A stretch of 63,145 bases of DNA, filler included, from Octopus bimaculoides (taxonomy: Eukaryota): the NCBI RefSeq assembly GCF_001194135.2. It is 6 parts of 6 records of this genome, joined end to end, with 100 filler letters (N's around TTAATTAATTAA, not from the genome) between each part and the next. Parts side by side here need not be neighbours in the genome. Positions count along the whole stretch, not along the records: positions 1 to 30,839 come from NC_068983.1; positions 30,940 to 37,370 come from NC_068991.1; positions 37,471 to 50,027 come from NC_068981.1; 3 more parts are not named here. One strand, 5' to 3'. A model generated the notes under the pieces. That model made no database searches. It was not told the DNA's origin and saw only the letters and a list, made by a program, of their open reading frames with translations. A program made the translations under genes and the position numbers. Below, one piece after another: positions 28,969 through 41,271 of the stretch (its first letter is position 1; the number at the start of each line of letters is the position of its first letter).

Positions 28969-29070
28969 GCGAGCGCGCGCATGACGACCCATATTGGTCT
29001 GTTTAAACCCCAGTAACAGCAGTTCGCCCAAAACGCCGACAGAGCAAGTACCATACCAGGAAAAGAAGAC

Positions 29071-29187
29071 GGATCTTTCTGAATTGACGGACACCACTTT
29101 TCATTTATGTTTTATGTAGTGTTTTTGGTACCGAAACACTTTCAAACTTCGTATACTTGTATATTTTGTGTTATAGAACAGATAAAA
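29071..29187. mobile_element. Merlin-like MITE (second subfamily), truncated by gap
   Basis: Starts GGATCTTTCTGAATTGAC and follows the 21759 copy until the N gap. Confidence 0.7.
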
Positions 29188-29421
29188 NNNNNNNNNNNNN
29201 NNNNNNNNNNNNNNNNNNNNNNNNNNNNNNNNNNNNNNNNNNNNNNNNNNNNNNNNNNNNNNNNNNNNNNNNNNNNNNNNNNNNNNNNNNNNNNNNNNNN
29301 NNNNNNNNNNNNNNNNNNNNNNNNNNNNNNNNNNNNNNNNNNNNNNNNNNNNNNNNNNNNNNNNNNNNNNNNNNNNNNNNNNNNNNNNNNNNNNNNNNNN
29401 NNNNNNNNNNNNNNNNNNNNN

Positions 29422-29469
<48 letters not shown>

Positions 29470-29870
29470 ACACACAAACACACACACTTGCACCTATATA
29501 TGCATGCTTGCACGCGATCGTACGCAATGTGATACTACAGCCTTTATATAATATGTATGTTCAGATCCACATACCACTCCCTATTAATCATGTGTGTAGT
29601 AAAGAAGCTTGCTTCCGGGTTCAGTCCCACTGCGTGGCACCTTGGGCAAGTGTCTTCTACTCTAGCTGCGGGCTGACCAAAGCCTTGTGAGTGGATTTTG
29701 TAGATGGAAACTGAAAGAAACCCGTCCTCCTTATTTCTTTCTGTGTTCTTTCAATTGAAGAGCGTAGCTTGAAACGTCAAAGACTTTCTCTATTCCCGAG
29801 CGTTAAACTAATACATCCATTTGTTGTTTACACCACCTGTCTTCGTCTGTTGTTTTTTTCGTAAATTCTC

Positions 29871-29914
<44 letters not shown>

Positions 29915-30839
29915 CCCCCCCCCCCTCACTTGACAACCAGTGCTGGTGTGTTTACTTTTCCGTAATATGCGTGTGTGCGTAAATATAAACATATACTCCG
30001 AGAGAATGTGAAATTCTGTTCTGGAACGGTGAAACTCGAAGCAGGTAATGCTATATAAATAATTAATCAATTTTTTTTCTATCCAAAGGATTTTAAACTC
30101 AATATTCACAATCTATAATCGATGCCTTTATCAGTTTCGAGTTTCACTGTGTCAAAACAGAATCTCACTCACACATGCACACACAAATTATGATTTGATA
30201 GGAGAAAATTAGGCTAGCCAATACATAGAATTGAATGGATGTATATTCACAAGGAACTCATAAAACAAGGTCTATATATAGTATTAATAATATGTATATA
30301 CGCACACACGATATTATAAAATGTGTATGAACGTCCCTAAAATATTAGGAATATGTTATATGGTAGAATCCGCCATATAATGTTCGATTGTACGCTCGCG
30401 TATGTGTATATATATATATATATAGTGTTTCAGTAATAAGACTACGGCCATGCTGGGGTACTGCCTTGAATTTTTAGTCTAATGACTCGACCCCAGTACT
30501 TATTTTTGTTTAGCCTAGTACTTTTGCTGAACTGCTAAGTTACCGAGACGTAAATACCCCAACACCGGTTGTTAATTTCACGAGCAGGCTGTTCCGTTGG
30601 TCGGATCAACTGGAACCCTCGACGTCGTAAGCGACAGAGTGCCAACAACAATTACACACACACACACACACACACACACGTGGCTTGTTTGTTTTCTGTG
30701 CTCTGTTTATGTTGTTTTTCATTTTGTCCACGTTTTTTTTGTTGCAATGTCCTGTATCCCCAGATATGCATCTATTTATACATGTAGGTGTATGTACGTA
30801 TATATGCATATACTCATATATTATTTGTATTATATATAT

Positions 30840-30939
30840 NNNNNNNNNNNNNNNNNNNNNNNNNNNNNNNNNNNNNNNNNNNNTTAATTAATTAANNNNN
30901 NNNNNNNNNNNNNNNNNNNNNNNNNNNNNNNNNNNNNNN
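30840..30939. other. Artificial assembly join N44-TTAATTAATTAA-N44
   Basis: Identical 100-bp spacer with six-frame stops recurs at 37371-37470, 50028-50127, 58679-58778 and 60841-60940. Confidence 0.95.
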
Positions 30940-31169
30940 ATTCCTTCTGATGATTTGCGAACTTTCTTCTGCAACCATTGTCTCTCTCTCGTTTGTCACA
31001 CAACGATGAAGTGACATTGTTACTTGCTTCAATCTGGGGACGAGGTGTTTGCATACTTGTTTGAAGGACAAGTTACGTAGTAACATACATTGTATACAAA
31101 CTATGTGATAATACGAATGATGCAGTCCTCCTGATACAGGAGAAACTCTAACGACGGCCAATCAAGGAG

Positions 31170-31840
31170 TCTTACATATCCAGGATTATCTTGGCCACCA
31201 AAGCACAAGCCCACTCTCCAACCCTCCAATCTATAGGCGCATACTTAGAGCAGAACCATTCACTCTAACCACTTTTGCCACAGTCGCTCATTTTTTCACA
31301 AATTCATTGGAAGGTAGCACTTCTCTCTCCACTCTCACTTTCCTTTCCAAATGGAACTTAGAAAAGTCAATGAGATTTTCACCAAAGAAGGTGTCTTTCT
31401 TCAATCTTTTCAGCCTCGTCCATTACACATTTTTTTGCCATAGTCACTAGACAGAGGAAGACCGCCTGCCTTGCCTTGTTAAAGGCATGAGGGGGGCGAT
31501 CCTCATGATGGATTTGGCCAATAGTTGGATTTGTTCCTCGCGTGATAACAGCTGTTCGACATAACTCCACATACGTGGACACTGCATGAGGGCATGCAAA
31601 ATGGTTTCGTCGCTGTGTGTGCATATTAGACAGTTCCATCTGACGGCGCTTCCATGCCTGTAGAATTTATCTCGAACTGGCAGTGCTCCTCGGTAGCACT
31701 TTCAAGCTAGGGATTTCTGGAAATTATCCATGGTAGTACTGGGTTTGAAATTTCTTTGAAAGAAACGAGCTAGTTTATCCTCATTGACGTTAGAGTTTCA
31801 CCGAGGATGTCATCGCTCTTACCCACTACTAGATTTCGAT
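31170..31840 (-). mobile_element. Tx1/L1-clade non-LTR retrotransposon ORF2 3' fragment
   Basis: Minus frame FQKSLA*KCYRGALPVRDKFYRHGSAVRWNCLICTHSDETILHALMQCPRMWSYV is the zf-RVT-type C-terminal CCHC motif. It continues with frameshifts to ...LERKVRVEREVL. Confidence 0.75.
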
Positions 31841-32137
31841 ATATATCGCTACAGCAGAACTGTCACCGACTGTATTGACTGACTGGCAGAGAGCAGTGTA
31901 TGATAATGATATCAAATTTTGGCACAAGGCCAGCAATATCCGGGGAAGGGATACGTTGATTACATTGACCCCAGTTCTCAACTGGTACTTATCTTATCAA
32001 CCCTGAATGGATGAAAGGCAAAGTCGACCTTAACTGAATTTGAACTTAGAGCGTAAAGATGGACAAAATGCTGCTAAGCATTTTACCCAGCATGCTAACG
32101 ATTCTTCCAGCTCGCCACCCATCTGGTTTGTCCATTT

Positions 32138-32178
<41 letters not shown>

Positions 32179-32479
32179 TGAGGTCATGGTACAAGGCAAA
32201 TACAAGAGACAGAACAGGAGAGAGGAGCAGAAAAAGGTGGATGTGTAGGTAAGTGTACTGAGTGAAAATAGTATGATAAATGATTAGAGATAGGAAATGA
32301 GTTGGACACAGAGAATATCGATTCAGCAGAGGGGAAGTGAAAGAAGGAAATAGGGTAACATAGAAGATTGCTGAAAGAATGGGTATTAGAAGATGAGTTG
32401 TCGGGGAAGGCTTGACAGAGCCTAAATTTTGCTGAAATAGATGGGTTTTTTAAACTACAGCATATTGTCATTCATCTTT

Positions 32480-32990
32480 GTCCCCTGTCATCTCTTCTGA
32501 AAGGCTCAACATCTTGTGGTCAGTCTTTGTCCAATATTTTTCTAGGTCTTTCTCTTCCGTAAGCTCTTTCCACATTTAGCCATGAACACTTTATGCAGCT
32601 GTCCTCATCTGTTCACATCACATGACCATACCAACACAATCTTCTCTCCTGCACACTACATCTGATGTCTCTTATGTCCAACTTTTCTCTCAGCACATTT
32701 GTACTCTGTCATATGTGCACACTGATGTTGCACATCCATCAGAGCGTACTAGTTTCATTTATTTCTAGTCTTTGCATGTCCTCTGCATTCACAGCCCAAG
32801 TTCCACAACCATGTAGTGTTGCTGTTTCATACTCAAACATCATACAATATGCCTTTCACTCTAAGAGAGAGGCCTTTTGTTAACAACAGTGGTAAAAGTT
32901 CTCTGAACTTTTCCAACCACTTCTTATTCTAGCAAATATACTTTCTGAGTATTCACCTCCACTGCTAATTAATTAGGTCACCTAGATAAC
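32480..32990 (-). mobile_element. RTE-clade LINE 3' fragment
   Basis: Degenerate minus-strand translation resembling KFRELLPLL...WAVNAEDMQRL...QERRLCWYGHVM, typical of the RTE ORF C-terminus. Confidence 0.75.
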
Positions 32991-33302
32991 AGAAACTATC
33001 TACTACTTCTAGAGAGTCTCCTGGGCATTCTGAAACATATTTACTGAGTGCTCTTATCGTTTATTGCTACTGCACATCGACCACAAGCAAAGCCTGCTTT
33101 CTCTGTTAACCTACTTGTGGTTCTACTGCAACTCTTATGTATCCATAGTTTGCACTAAGAACACCTTATTGTATTTCTACGTACACCTTGTCTACAAATA
33201 GAACAGGACCATTTACCTCAAATGGGTAGAGTCCTGTTTGTTTTCCTACTAACAATTACATTATGTAATAGTTATTTTAGCACATATATATATATATATG
33301 TA

Positions 33303-33369
<67 letters not shown>

Positions 33370-33397
33370 TGTGTGTGTGTGTGTGTGTATGTATATA

Positions 33398-33430
<33 letters not shown>

Positions 33431-33505
33431 NNNNNNNNNNNNNNNNNNNNNNNNTGTGTGTGTGTGTGTGTGTGTGTTGTGTGTGTGTGTGTGTGTATGT
33501 ATATA

Positions 33506-33586
<81 letters not shown>

Positions 33587-34587
33587 GCACACACACAACA
33601 CAAACGTATCTATTCTTCTGTTGTTGTTGTTGTTGTTGCTGCTGACTACAATGATAGTGTATAAAGTGTTGAAAAAATTGCATTATACATCTGTGACTTA
33701 ATTCCAGAGACAGTAATTCTGCTCCAGTTAAAAATCGGTTACTGAGTAGAGCATATAGCTTTCATGTGTTTTCTTCTTGTTTTGTTTTACTTTTCTTTTA
33801 GATTTTTTTCCCTTTTTCTTTCCTTTCTCTTCTTTCTTTTCAATCTTAATTACATTCTTCTTTAAGCAAGGGAGTAATTAATGTGTTTTACATGTCAGTT
33901 TGATATATTAAATATTCAAATGATTTCAAAAGAAAAAAAATAATAAATCACATAGCAGAACATAGAAAATGGTGGTGGCAGAGATGAAAGAAAAAGAAAA
34001 AGAAAACATGCTAAGAGGAATTTATCAGAAAGTAACAGTTGGCTCAAAAGTCCATTGTTAAGTTTAAAAAGAGAGAAATTATAAAAGTCTCTCTGTCTCT
34101 CCCTCACACACGAACACATATGCATGCACACACACACACACATGCATGCATGCACACAAACACACATACACACATGCATGCATGCACACAAACACACATA
34201 CACACACACACAGTATGCAAGGAAAATAGAAAGAAGTAAAACATTTAACAGCACAAGATAAAAATATTATGCAATTAGGGACATATATATATATATATGC
34301 ATGCATGAATGTATGGATGTGTATATACGTCTATATATGTACATGCATACACATGCTGTGTGTTTGTGGCACAATTCCGCTCCATCTGCTAGAATTGTGA
34401 CAATAGCCACATCTCATAAACCACATGATTTTCTTTTCTTTTCTACTTTCTGTGTCTAACTTATATATTTTCTCATTTGACTTACATTCCAGTCTTAGCA
34501 ATGGGTGGGGTGGGGTAGCATTTAATGGCTTTTATTCATCGGTTTTGATATATAAATTAATTCTATTTTGCTTTAGGCCCTTATGTG

Positions 34588-34636
<49 letters not shown>

Positions 34637-35045
34637 TGTGTGTGTATGTGTGTTTGTGTGCATGCATGCATGTGTGTGTGTGTGAATGCATATGTGTTTG
34701 TGTGTGAGGGAGGGACAGAGAGACTTTTATAACTTCTCCCTTTTTAAACTTAACAATGGACTTTTGAGCCAACTGTTACTTTCTGTTTTTACATACTGTT
34801 TTTCTCTGTTTTCTTGGTGCGGTACTGTGGATAAAATTAAGACTTTAGCTCTTATTTCTAGCAGATAGATGCTTGTTAAGCATCATTACGCTTCGTGCAA
34901 ATTTATAATTCATAGCTATTTAATACTATTGCGCCTGCGATCCACCTATGTCACTGCTGGTGATATCATCAATTTTAAAATTTATCCACAGATGATATGA
35001 ACAGTAGTGACATCTGATTTCAAATCTCAGTGTTTGAATGTTTTG

Positions 35046-35085
<40 letters not shown>

Positions 35086-35924
35086 TATATATAGATATTA
35101 CTTATGTACATACATTACTTATATAACCAAATGCATGGCATACATACAAACATACATACATACAAACATACATCTGTGAAAGAGTACAGCAGGGTTCGCC
35201 ACCATCCCTTGCAGGACCCTTGTGGATCTTTAGGTGTTTTGGCTCAATAAACACTCACAACGCCCGGTCTGGGAATCGAAACTGCGATCTTATGACCGTG
35301 AGTCTGCTGCCCTAACCCTTAAACGTGCATTTATTATCTGGGTATAGAAACCAGAGCTTTCGAAGCAGTTGCATGTATGTATGCGTGCATGTATATATAT
35401 ATATGTACACACACACACCCACACACACACACACACACACACATGCACGCACACATATATGGACTGTTGGCGATGTTTTCCTCCTTATTCCTTTTCTTTT
35501 GGACTTTCCTATGTCTCCTGATTCCGAAGAAGAGCTATGTTCAAAACAGTAAGGAAGAGAGAAATGAATGGTGACAGGTGCTAGAAGAGTATTGTCAAGA
35601 AGTTGCAAGTAGTGAGTGGGGATGGGGAATGCTGTGACTGGTGAGAAGGGACAGGGGGAGGCAATGATACAGTGAGCAGGGTAGTGAGGACTGGATTGGA
35701 GAGTAGGAGATAATCATAGTGTATGGAGAAGAAATGTGAGATAGAGAAAAGAAACAATTTGGAAAAGGGGGATGTAGTTTGGTTTGTTGGGGTAAGGTGT
35801 GTGAAAATTTTATTGTTACATGTGAGTGGAACACAATACTTCTAGAACTCAGGTTCACTGGTGTGGGTGGGTCTTCTCTAGAATATCATATTGCCAGACA
35901 TCTTGGTCCATTGTCATTTCCTTT

Positions 35925-36235
35925 GTGAGCCCCGACATCCTGAAATCAGTCCTCACCACTTTATTCCATGTCTTCCTAGGTTACCCTCTTCCACAGGTGA
36001 TATCCCCTTTCAGTGACTGGCACTTTTTTTATACAGTTGTTGTTTTCATTCATACGCATCACATGTCCAAACCAATGTAGTCTCCTCTCTTGCATGCTGC
36101 ATTTGACTTCTCTTATGCCCAACTTTCCTCTCAATATTTGCGCTTTGCTGTTCATGCACATTGCTGCTGCACATCCAGCGGAGAATACTGCCTTCATTCC
36201 TCTCTAGTCTATACATGTCCTCAGCATTCAGAGCC
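35925..36235 (-). mobile_element. RTE-clade LINE 3' fragment
   Basis: WALNAEDMYRLERNEGSILRWMC and LRGKLGIREVKCSMQERRLHWFGHVMRM in the ORF track; same family as 32480. Confidence 0.75.
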
Positions 36236-36519
36236 CACTGTGTGTGTGTGTGTGTGTATGTGGTAGGAAATTTTCTTTCCAACCACATAGTTTTGAGTTG
36301 AGTTGCATTGCATGTCACCTTGTTCAAGTGTCTTCTAGTATAGTGTCAGCTTGACCAAAGCCTTGGTAGTGGAATTGGTAGACAGAAACTGAAAGAAGCT
36401 CACTGCATATATATACACACACACACATATAATCACACATATATATACACATATATACATTATGTCTGTATATAAATACACACATATACATATATTCAAA
36501 TATGTGTGTATGTGTGAGT

Positions 36520-37300
36520 AATAAAATCCATATTCCTTTTACAAATTTATTGAAACAAATGATACATGTTCTTTATTACATGGGAAAATGAAAGTAAATA
36601 TTCATATTTCAACGTAAGCACCAGTGGCATCAAACAGATTCCCCAAATGGCCAGGGATGGAATGAACAACCTTCTGAAGGATGACGTCTGGGATATCACT
36701 GAGAACCTCCTGAGTCCGTGTCTCCAAGTCCTCCATTGTGCAAGATTTTGTCTTGTACACCTCTTTTGTGTAACCTCACAGGCAAAAATCACATGGAGTG
36801 TGATCTGGACTTCTTGAAGTTTTGGAGTTCTGAACTTCTGCACTCACAGTCTTCAAGTTTTAGCTCCTGCACATAATGGGGTTTCCATGAATGAAACTTC
36901 AATTCTTTATGCAACACCATACGTATTGTGTGTCTTGTTAGTCCACTTTCATGAACTGTTTGACATGTTGATTTTTGTGAGCTGCGATTAAACATTTCCT
37001 GCACTGTTGCCACGTTTTCTGCTGATCGGGATGTGGTTGGACAGCCACTTCTTCTTGTATTGTTCCACAGAGCCTGTGGTCATCAGCTTTGTATAACAAC
37101 TTTTTATTGTCTCTGGACGTAGTGTTGCATGCTTACCTTTCCATGTATACCACCATCTCTGAACCAAAACAATGGAATTCCACACTTCATAGCATGCTGC
37201 TATCTTAGCTCACCCCTGAACAGTCAAGCAACTGGCCATCTAGAAAATAAGGAATAAAACAATAGGAAAATAAGAAATCCCCATTAGTGTTGCCTGTTTA
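36520..37300 (-). mobile_element. Decayed Tc1/mariner transposase relic (DD37D/maT-like), internally deleted
   Basis: Minus frames LRPETIKSCYTKLMTTGSV and MFNRSSQKSTCQTVHESGLTRHTIRMVLHKELKFHSWKPHYVQEL resemble the HTH domains of this group. No catalytic core seen. Confidence 0.7.
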
Positions 37301-37758
37301 AAAAATGTTTCCATCATGACTTCAGTGATACTAAAAATTCTATATGCAATTTCTTATGTCTAGTTACTTTNNNNNNNNNNNNNNNNNNNNNNNNNNNNNN
37401 NNNNNNNNNNNNNNTTAATTAATTAANNNNNNNNNNNNNNNNNNNNNNNNNNNNNNNNNNNNNNNNNNNNGTAAAAATAAATACAAAAAAGGTGTTTTTT
37501 TTTGTATGATTGTATATAGAGGAATATATTATTTTGCTTAAAAGAGTTCCAACACTGTCTGTTTTTTATGTTTTATTTATATTCCTGCAGAACCAATGTG
37601 GGGTATAGAATATGGAATATACAATATATAATATAATATACAATATATAATATAAAATAAAATAAAAATGGATGGCACCATGAAATAAAATATTGAATGT
37701 AGATGAAATATTGAGTGTTCAATATAAAGGATCAAATATATAAATATAAATATATAAA

Positions 37759-37798
37759 GGCGACTCGAGTTTCAGGGCTATTTCCCTTCGTCATGGCC
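37759..37798 (-). ncRNA. Variant minimal hammerhead ribozyme (HHR-3)
   Basis: Minus strand: GGC C-A-UGACGA AGGG aaauag CCCU GAAA CUCGAG U C^GCC. 4-bp stem II, 8-nt palindromic stem III ACUCGAGU, GUC triplet. Stem I is only 3 bp and there is one extra A in the core. Confidence 0.55.
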
Positions 37799-39007
37799 GG
37801 TATGACAGACTTTATATACACACACAAGCACACACGTACATAAATACATGTATGTATAAGTATATTTGTGTTAATGTGCAGGAATATTGATATTCCATGC
37901 TTGTCACTGCTTGAGCAAAATAGAGGTGATGGTTGATATTCCTTAGGGACTTTGTGACTGGTTACTCTTTGTTTTCCGTGATGTCTTGGAATAAATTCAT
38001 TTACTTTTAAAATAACAGATAACAACACATGCTCTCCATATGTATTGTTTTAGGACAACCCTTGTTTACCAACCAGCAATCTATGATAATTACACTGTAT
38101 AACACAATTTTTGTCCTTGGGTAGCAATTGTTATTTCCTATTTGCTTACCTTTAGAAAGTATGAAAAATGGCTAACATTTCCTTCAAACTTTGATTTGTT
38201 ACTTTTATTCAAACCCCAAAGAATTCCTCTCAACACATGGCTATGATGCTCTCCCACTACTCCTGCTCATGATCAGAGATGCAAGTATTGTCAGCCACTA
38301 AAGGACATGCTCAAGTGGTTATGGTCAAGCGGTTGACAAACAAATCTGTGTTACTGAGCAGAATATTTGCTATAACAATATTTCTGCTTCAGCAACCCAA
38401 TGCTGAATCTGTCTCAAATGTAATAGAAAATAGGTCAGTTTCCAAACATTCATGTCCAGGTCACAAAAACAAAGTTTGAAGGAAATAGTAGTCATTACTT
38501 TTGATTTCTAGATAGAAGCAAATAGGGAAATAAAACTTACTGGCCAAAGACAAAAAAAAAACAGAAATTAAAATTTTGCTACAGTGTTATCGGACTTCAG
38601 ATCCTTTTCAAGTGGGTTCTCTGTTTTTGTCTCTGGGTTTCCTTGAAAAGTTAGAAAGTCTTGTTTGAGGAAGCCTTGCAAGGGACCCAGCCTGGTACTG
38701 TGACATTGTCTAAATACCCTTACGATCACTAGTGATTGTTGTTCCACTCCCTTACTTCTTCATTTGAGACAAGTTCTCTCCACTTGATCTTTTATCTTTT
38801 ATTTCTTTCAATCATTGGACTGCAGCCATGCTTAGGGCACTGCCTCGAGGGGTTTTAATAAAAGACAAAATCAACCCCTTATTTTTTTATGCCTAATACT
38901 TATTCTATTGAATTGTTTTACTGAACCACTAACTTATAGGAACATAAACACCCCAGCACCAGTTAAGTGGTGGTGTGACAAGCACAGCACAGACAGACAG
39001 ACAGACA

Positions 39008-39058
<51 letters not shown>

Positions 39059-40495
39059 GGTTGATAGTGACTTCAAAGTTTCATTGGTTGTGGTTTTGTC
39101 AAACTGTCCAATGAAGCTACAACCGGTGAAGCTTTGAAGTCACATTTGACTATTACTTTGTACATATGCATACTACATATATATACAACAGGCTTCTTTC
39201 AGTGTCTGTCTACCAAATCCATTCACATAACATAGGGGCTATTGTAGAAGACACTAGCCCAAATTACCATGCACTGTGACTGAACCCAAGACCATATTGT
39301 TGATAAGGAAGCTTCTTACCCACATAGCCACACCTGTGCCTATGTATAGAATTTTATGATGATAAGTGAAGACAAATGTGTTGATGAGCTTCTTTATTAT
39401 TTATCATGTATCACAGTTATACAGAAGACTAGATATTACATTAGATGTATACATAGATGTATACATAGATGTACACCTTCCTGTATGAGAACTTGTTCTT
39501 GATGACAGTAAGAGTTGTATATGAATAGAACTGAATGATTGATATACAAAAGCATATAATATTGTTAGGTGGACCAGTAAGTCATAACTGGCTGAGGTGG
39601 TGATACTGCCATCATCATCATCATCATTTTAATTTTAACTTCCATTTTTCCATACTGGTGTAAATTGACCAAGTCTTATAGTATGACATATTGTATTCAC
39701 TGGCAACCTTTTGTAACTACATCTGATAAATCTGAGCTACAACCTTCCCCCATTACACATATGTTCTTCCTCTACTATGGTTAAGCTCTTCTCTCAGCAC
39801 TGGTATATTTTCACTGATCACAACAATCCATTTACATAATATACCTTGTGGTCATTTACACTGTTTTACTTACTTAAGGCCTTCACTTTCTCTGTGGATT
39901 GAAGTCATATCAATGACTTTTTTCTCCACTGTTCTCAACACTGGGCTGTTTGTTCTGCTTCTCTTCAGAGAGATCCCTGTTTTTTTCAGTTCTCTCTTAG
40001 TATTTTAGGACCTCCCTTCTGGCCATATGTTTCCCTGAGGAAAGGCCTTCTTCTTCCAGGTCTTGTTACTTTTGAATTGTCATCAGTGCTTCTGTAAATT
40101 TGCTTTTTTCTAGGTAGGGGTGTTGACCCTACACAAATCCATTTTTACCTCTGGGAATGCATAGTCCATATTAGTCTTTCACTGGCCCTGGCTTCTTGAT
40201 GAGCATGGTCCATATTAGTCTTGCCACTATCCTTTGACCTGTCCAGCATTGGAAGCCCTACCAAGAACTTGCTGCCTGTTTTCATAGCTCTCAGTGTCAT
40301 CAAGATACACAAACCACCACACATCAACATGGGCTGGACTGTGAGGTTGTTTTTTTTTTTTTTCACTACATGCAATAGTCATTAATCTCCAGATGTTTTC
40401 CCAGGCCACTAGTACTGAATATTCATCATTTTGAAATGACAGATCAAAAGTAATACTTATTCTCATTGTTATATTATTGATGTTTTATGTTTCAG

Positions 40496-40618
40496 TATAA
40501 ATTCAGTTTTCGTAAATTATGGGCTTTCACTGGCCCTGGCTTCTTGATGAGCATTGCTTACCTGGACCCAGGAAATATTGAATCAGACTTGCAGTCAGGT
40601 GCTAAAGCTGGATTTAAG
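40496..40618 (+). CDS. SLC11A2: NRAMP/SLC11 divalent metal transporter (DMT1/Malvolio-like), internal coding exon with TM1 DPGN motif
   Basis: Acceptor tgtttcAG, donor AAG|GTaatg, 123 nt, phase 0-0. Translates [41 protein letters not shown], the NRAMP TM1 signature. The symbol denotes the family; an invertebrate gene is co-orthologous to SLC11A1 and SLC11A2. Confidence 0.97.
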
Positions 40619-40763
40619 GTAATGGTTTGCATATTAAGCATTACATAGTATATGAATATTACATATAAACATCTGTTGTTTTAATAATTTGTTCTTGACA
40701 TGATTAAAATTTAAAATTTTCGTTTTGTATCAATATTATGTGTGTGTGTGTGTGTGTGTGTGT

Positions 40764-40801
<38 letters not shown>

Positions 40802-40964
40802 TTTTATATATGACGTTGACCACTAACGTGGACATTTAATATGCTAGAAATAGATCACATCTTGTGTCTAAAAAGACCTAAATTGTTCTCAACATGAAAT
40901 ATAGCGTGATACCAAAACATAAGTGGGCAAGACATTTAAAAAAAAACCGAAAAGGAACATTATT

Positions 40965-41027
40965 AAACAGGGACCGGTTTCGAATTTTAACAATCTTACC
41001 GACTGTCTATTTCTCATCAGCCTGATT
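40965..41027 (-). ncRNA. Type I hammerhead ribozyme (HHR-1), palindromic stem III
   Basis: Minus strand: aau CAGG CUGAUGA GAA...UUC GAAA CCGG U C^CCUG uuu. 4-bp stem I with 2 more pairs beyond a U-U mismatch, stem II GAA/UUC plus an imperfect distal hairpin, palindromic stem III ACCGGU, GUC triplet (cut between 40972 and 40971). Confidence 0.75.
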
Positions 41028-41271
41028 TGTAATGGAACCATAATCATCAGAACCCCATACAAAGTTGCCCACTGCCATAGGTGCGCGTGTATATGGTTCT
41101 GCTAATTACAGCTTAATAGTAAAATTCAAAAGTCTTCGTTTTGGCGCGCTAATTCCAGGAATATGTCTGCAGAGAATATTTACTGCGTCGCATATATCCA
41201 ACACACACACACATATATATACATACAAATTTAGTAAATGGAGTAAAACGCATATGTTAAATGAATTCTTT

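Noticed and set aside
33290-33600. Duplicated compound microsatellite on both sides of a small gap
   Set aside because: Most likely overlapping contig ends assembled twice.
37040-37090. CUGAUGA followed by a perfect 6-bp hairpin (minus strand)
   Set aside because: No GAAA, stem III or stem I; it lies inside the transposase relic.
38392-38432. Candidate N-terminal NRAMP exon (QPNAESVSNVIEN)
   Set aside because: No similarity to the NRAMP N-terminus, and its phase does not match the phase-0 start of the 40496 exon.
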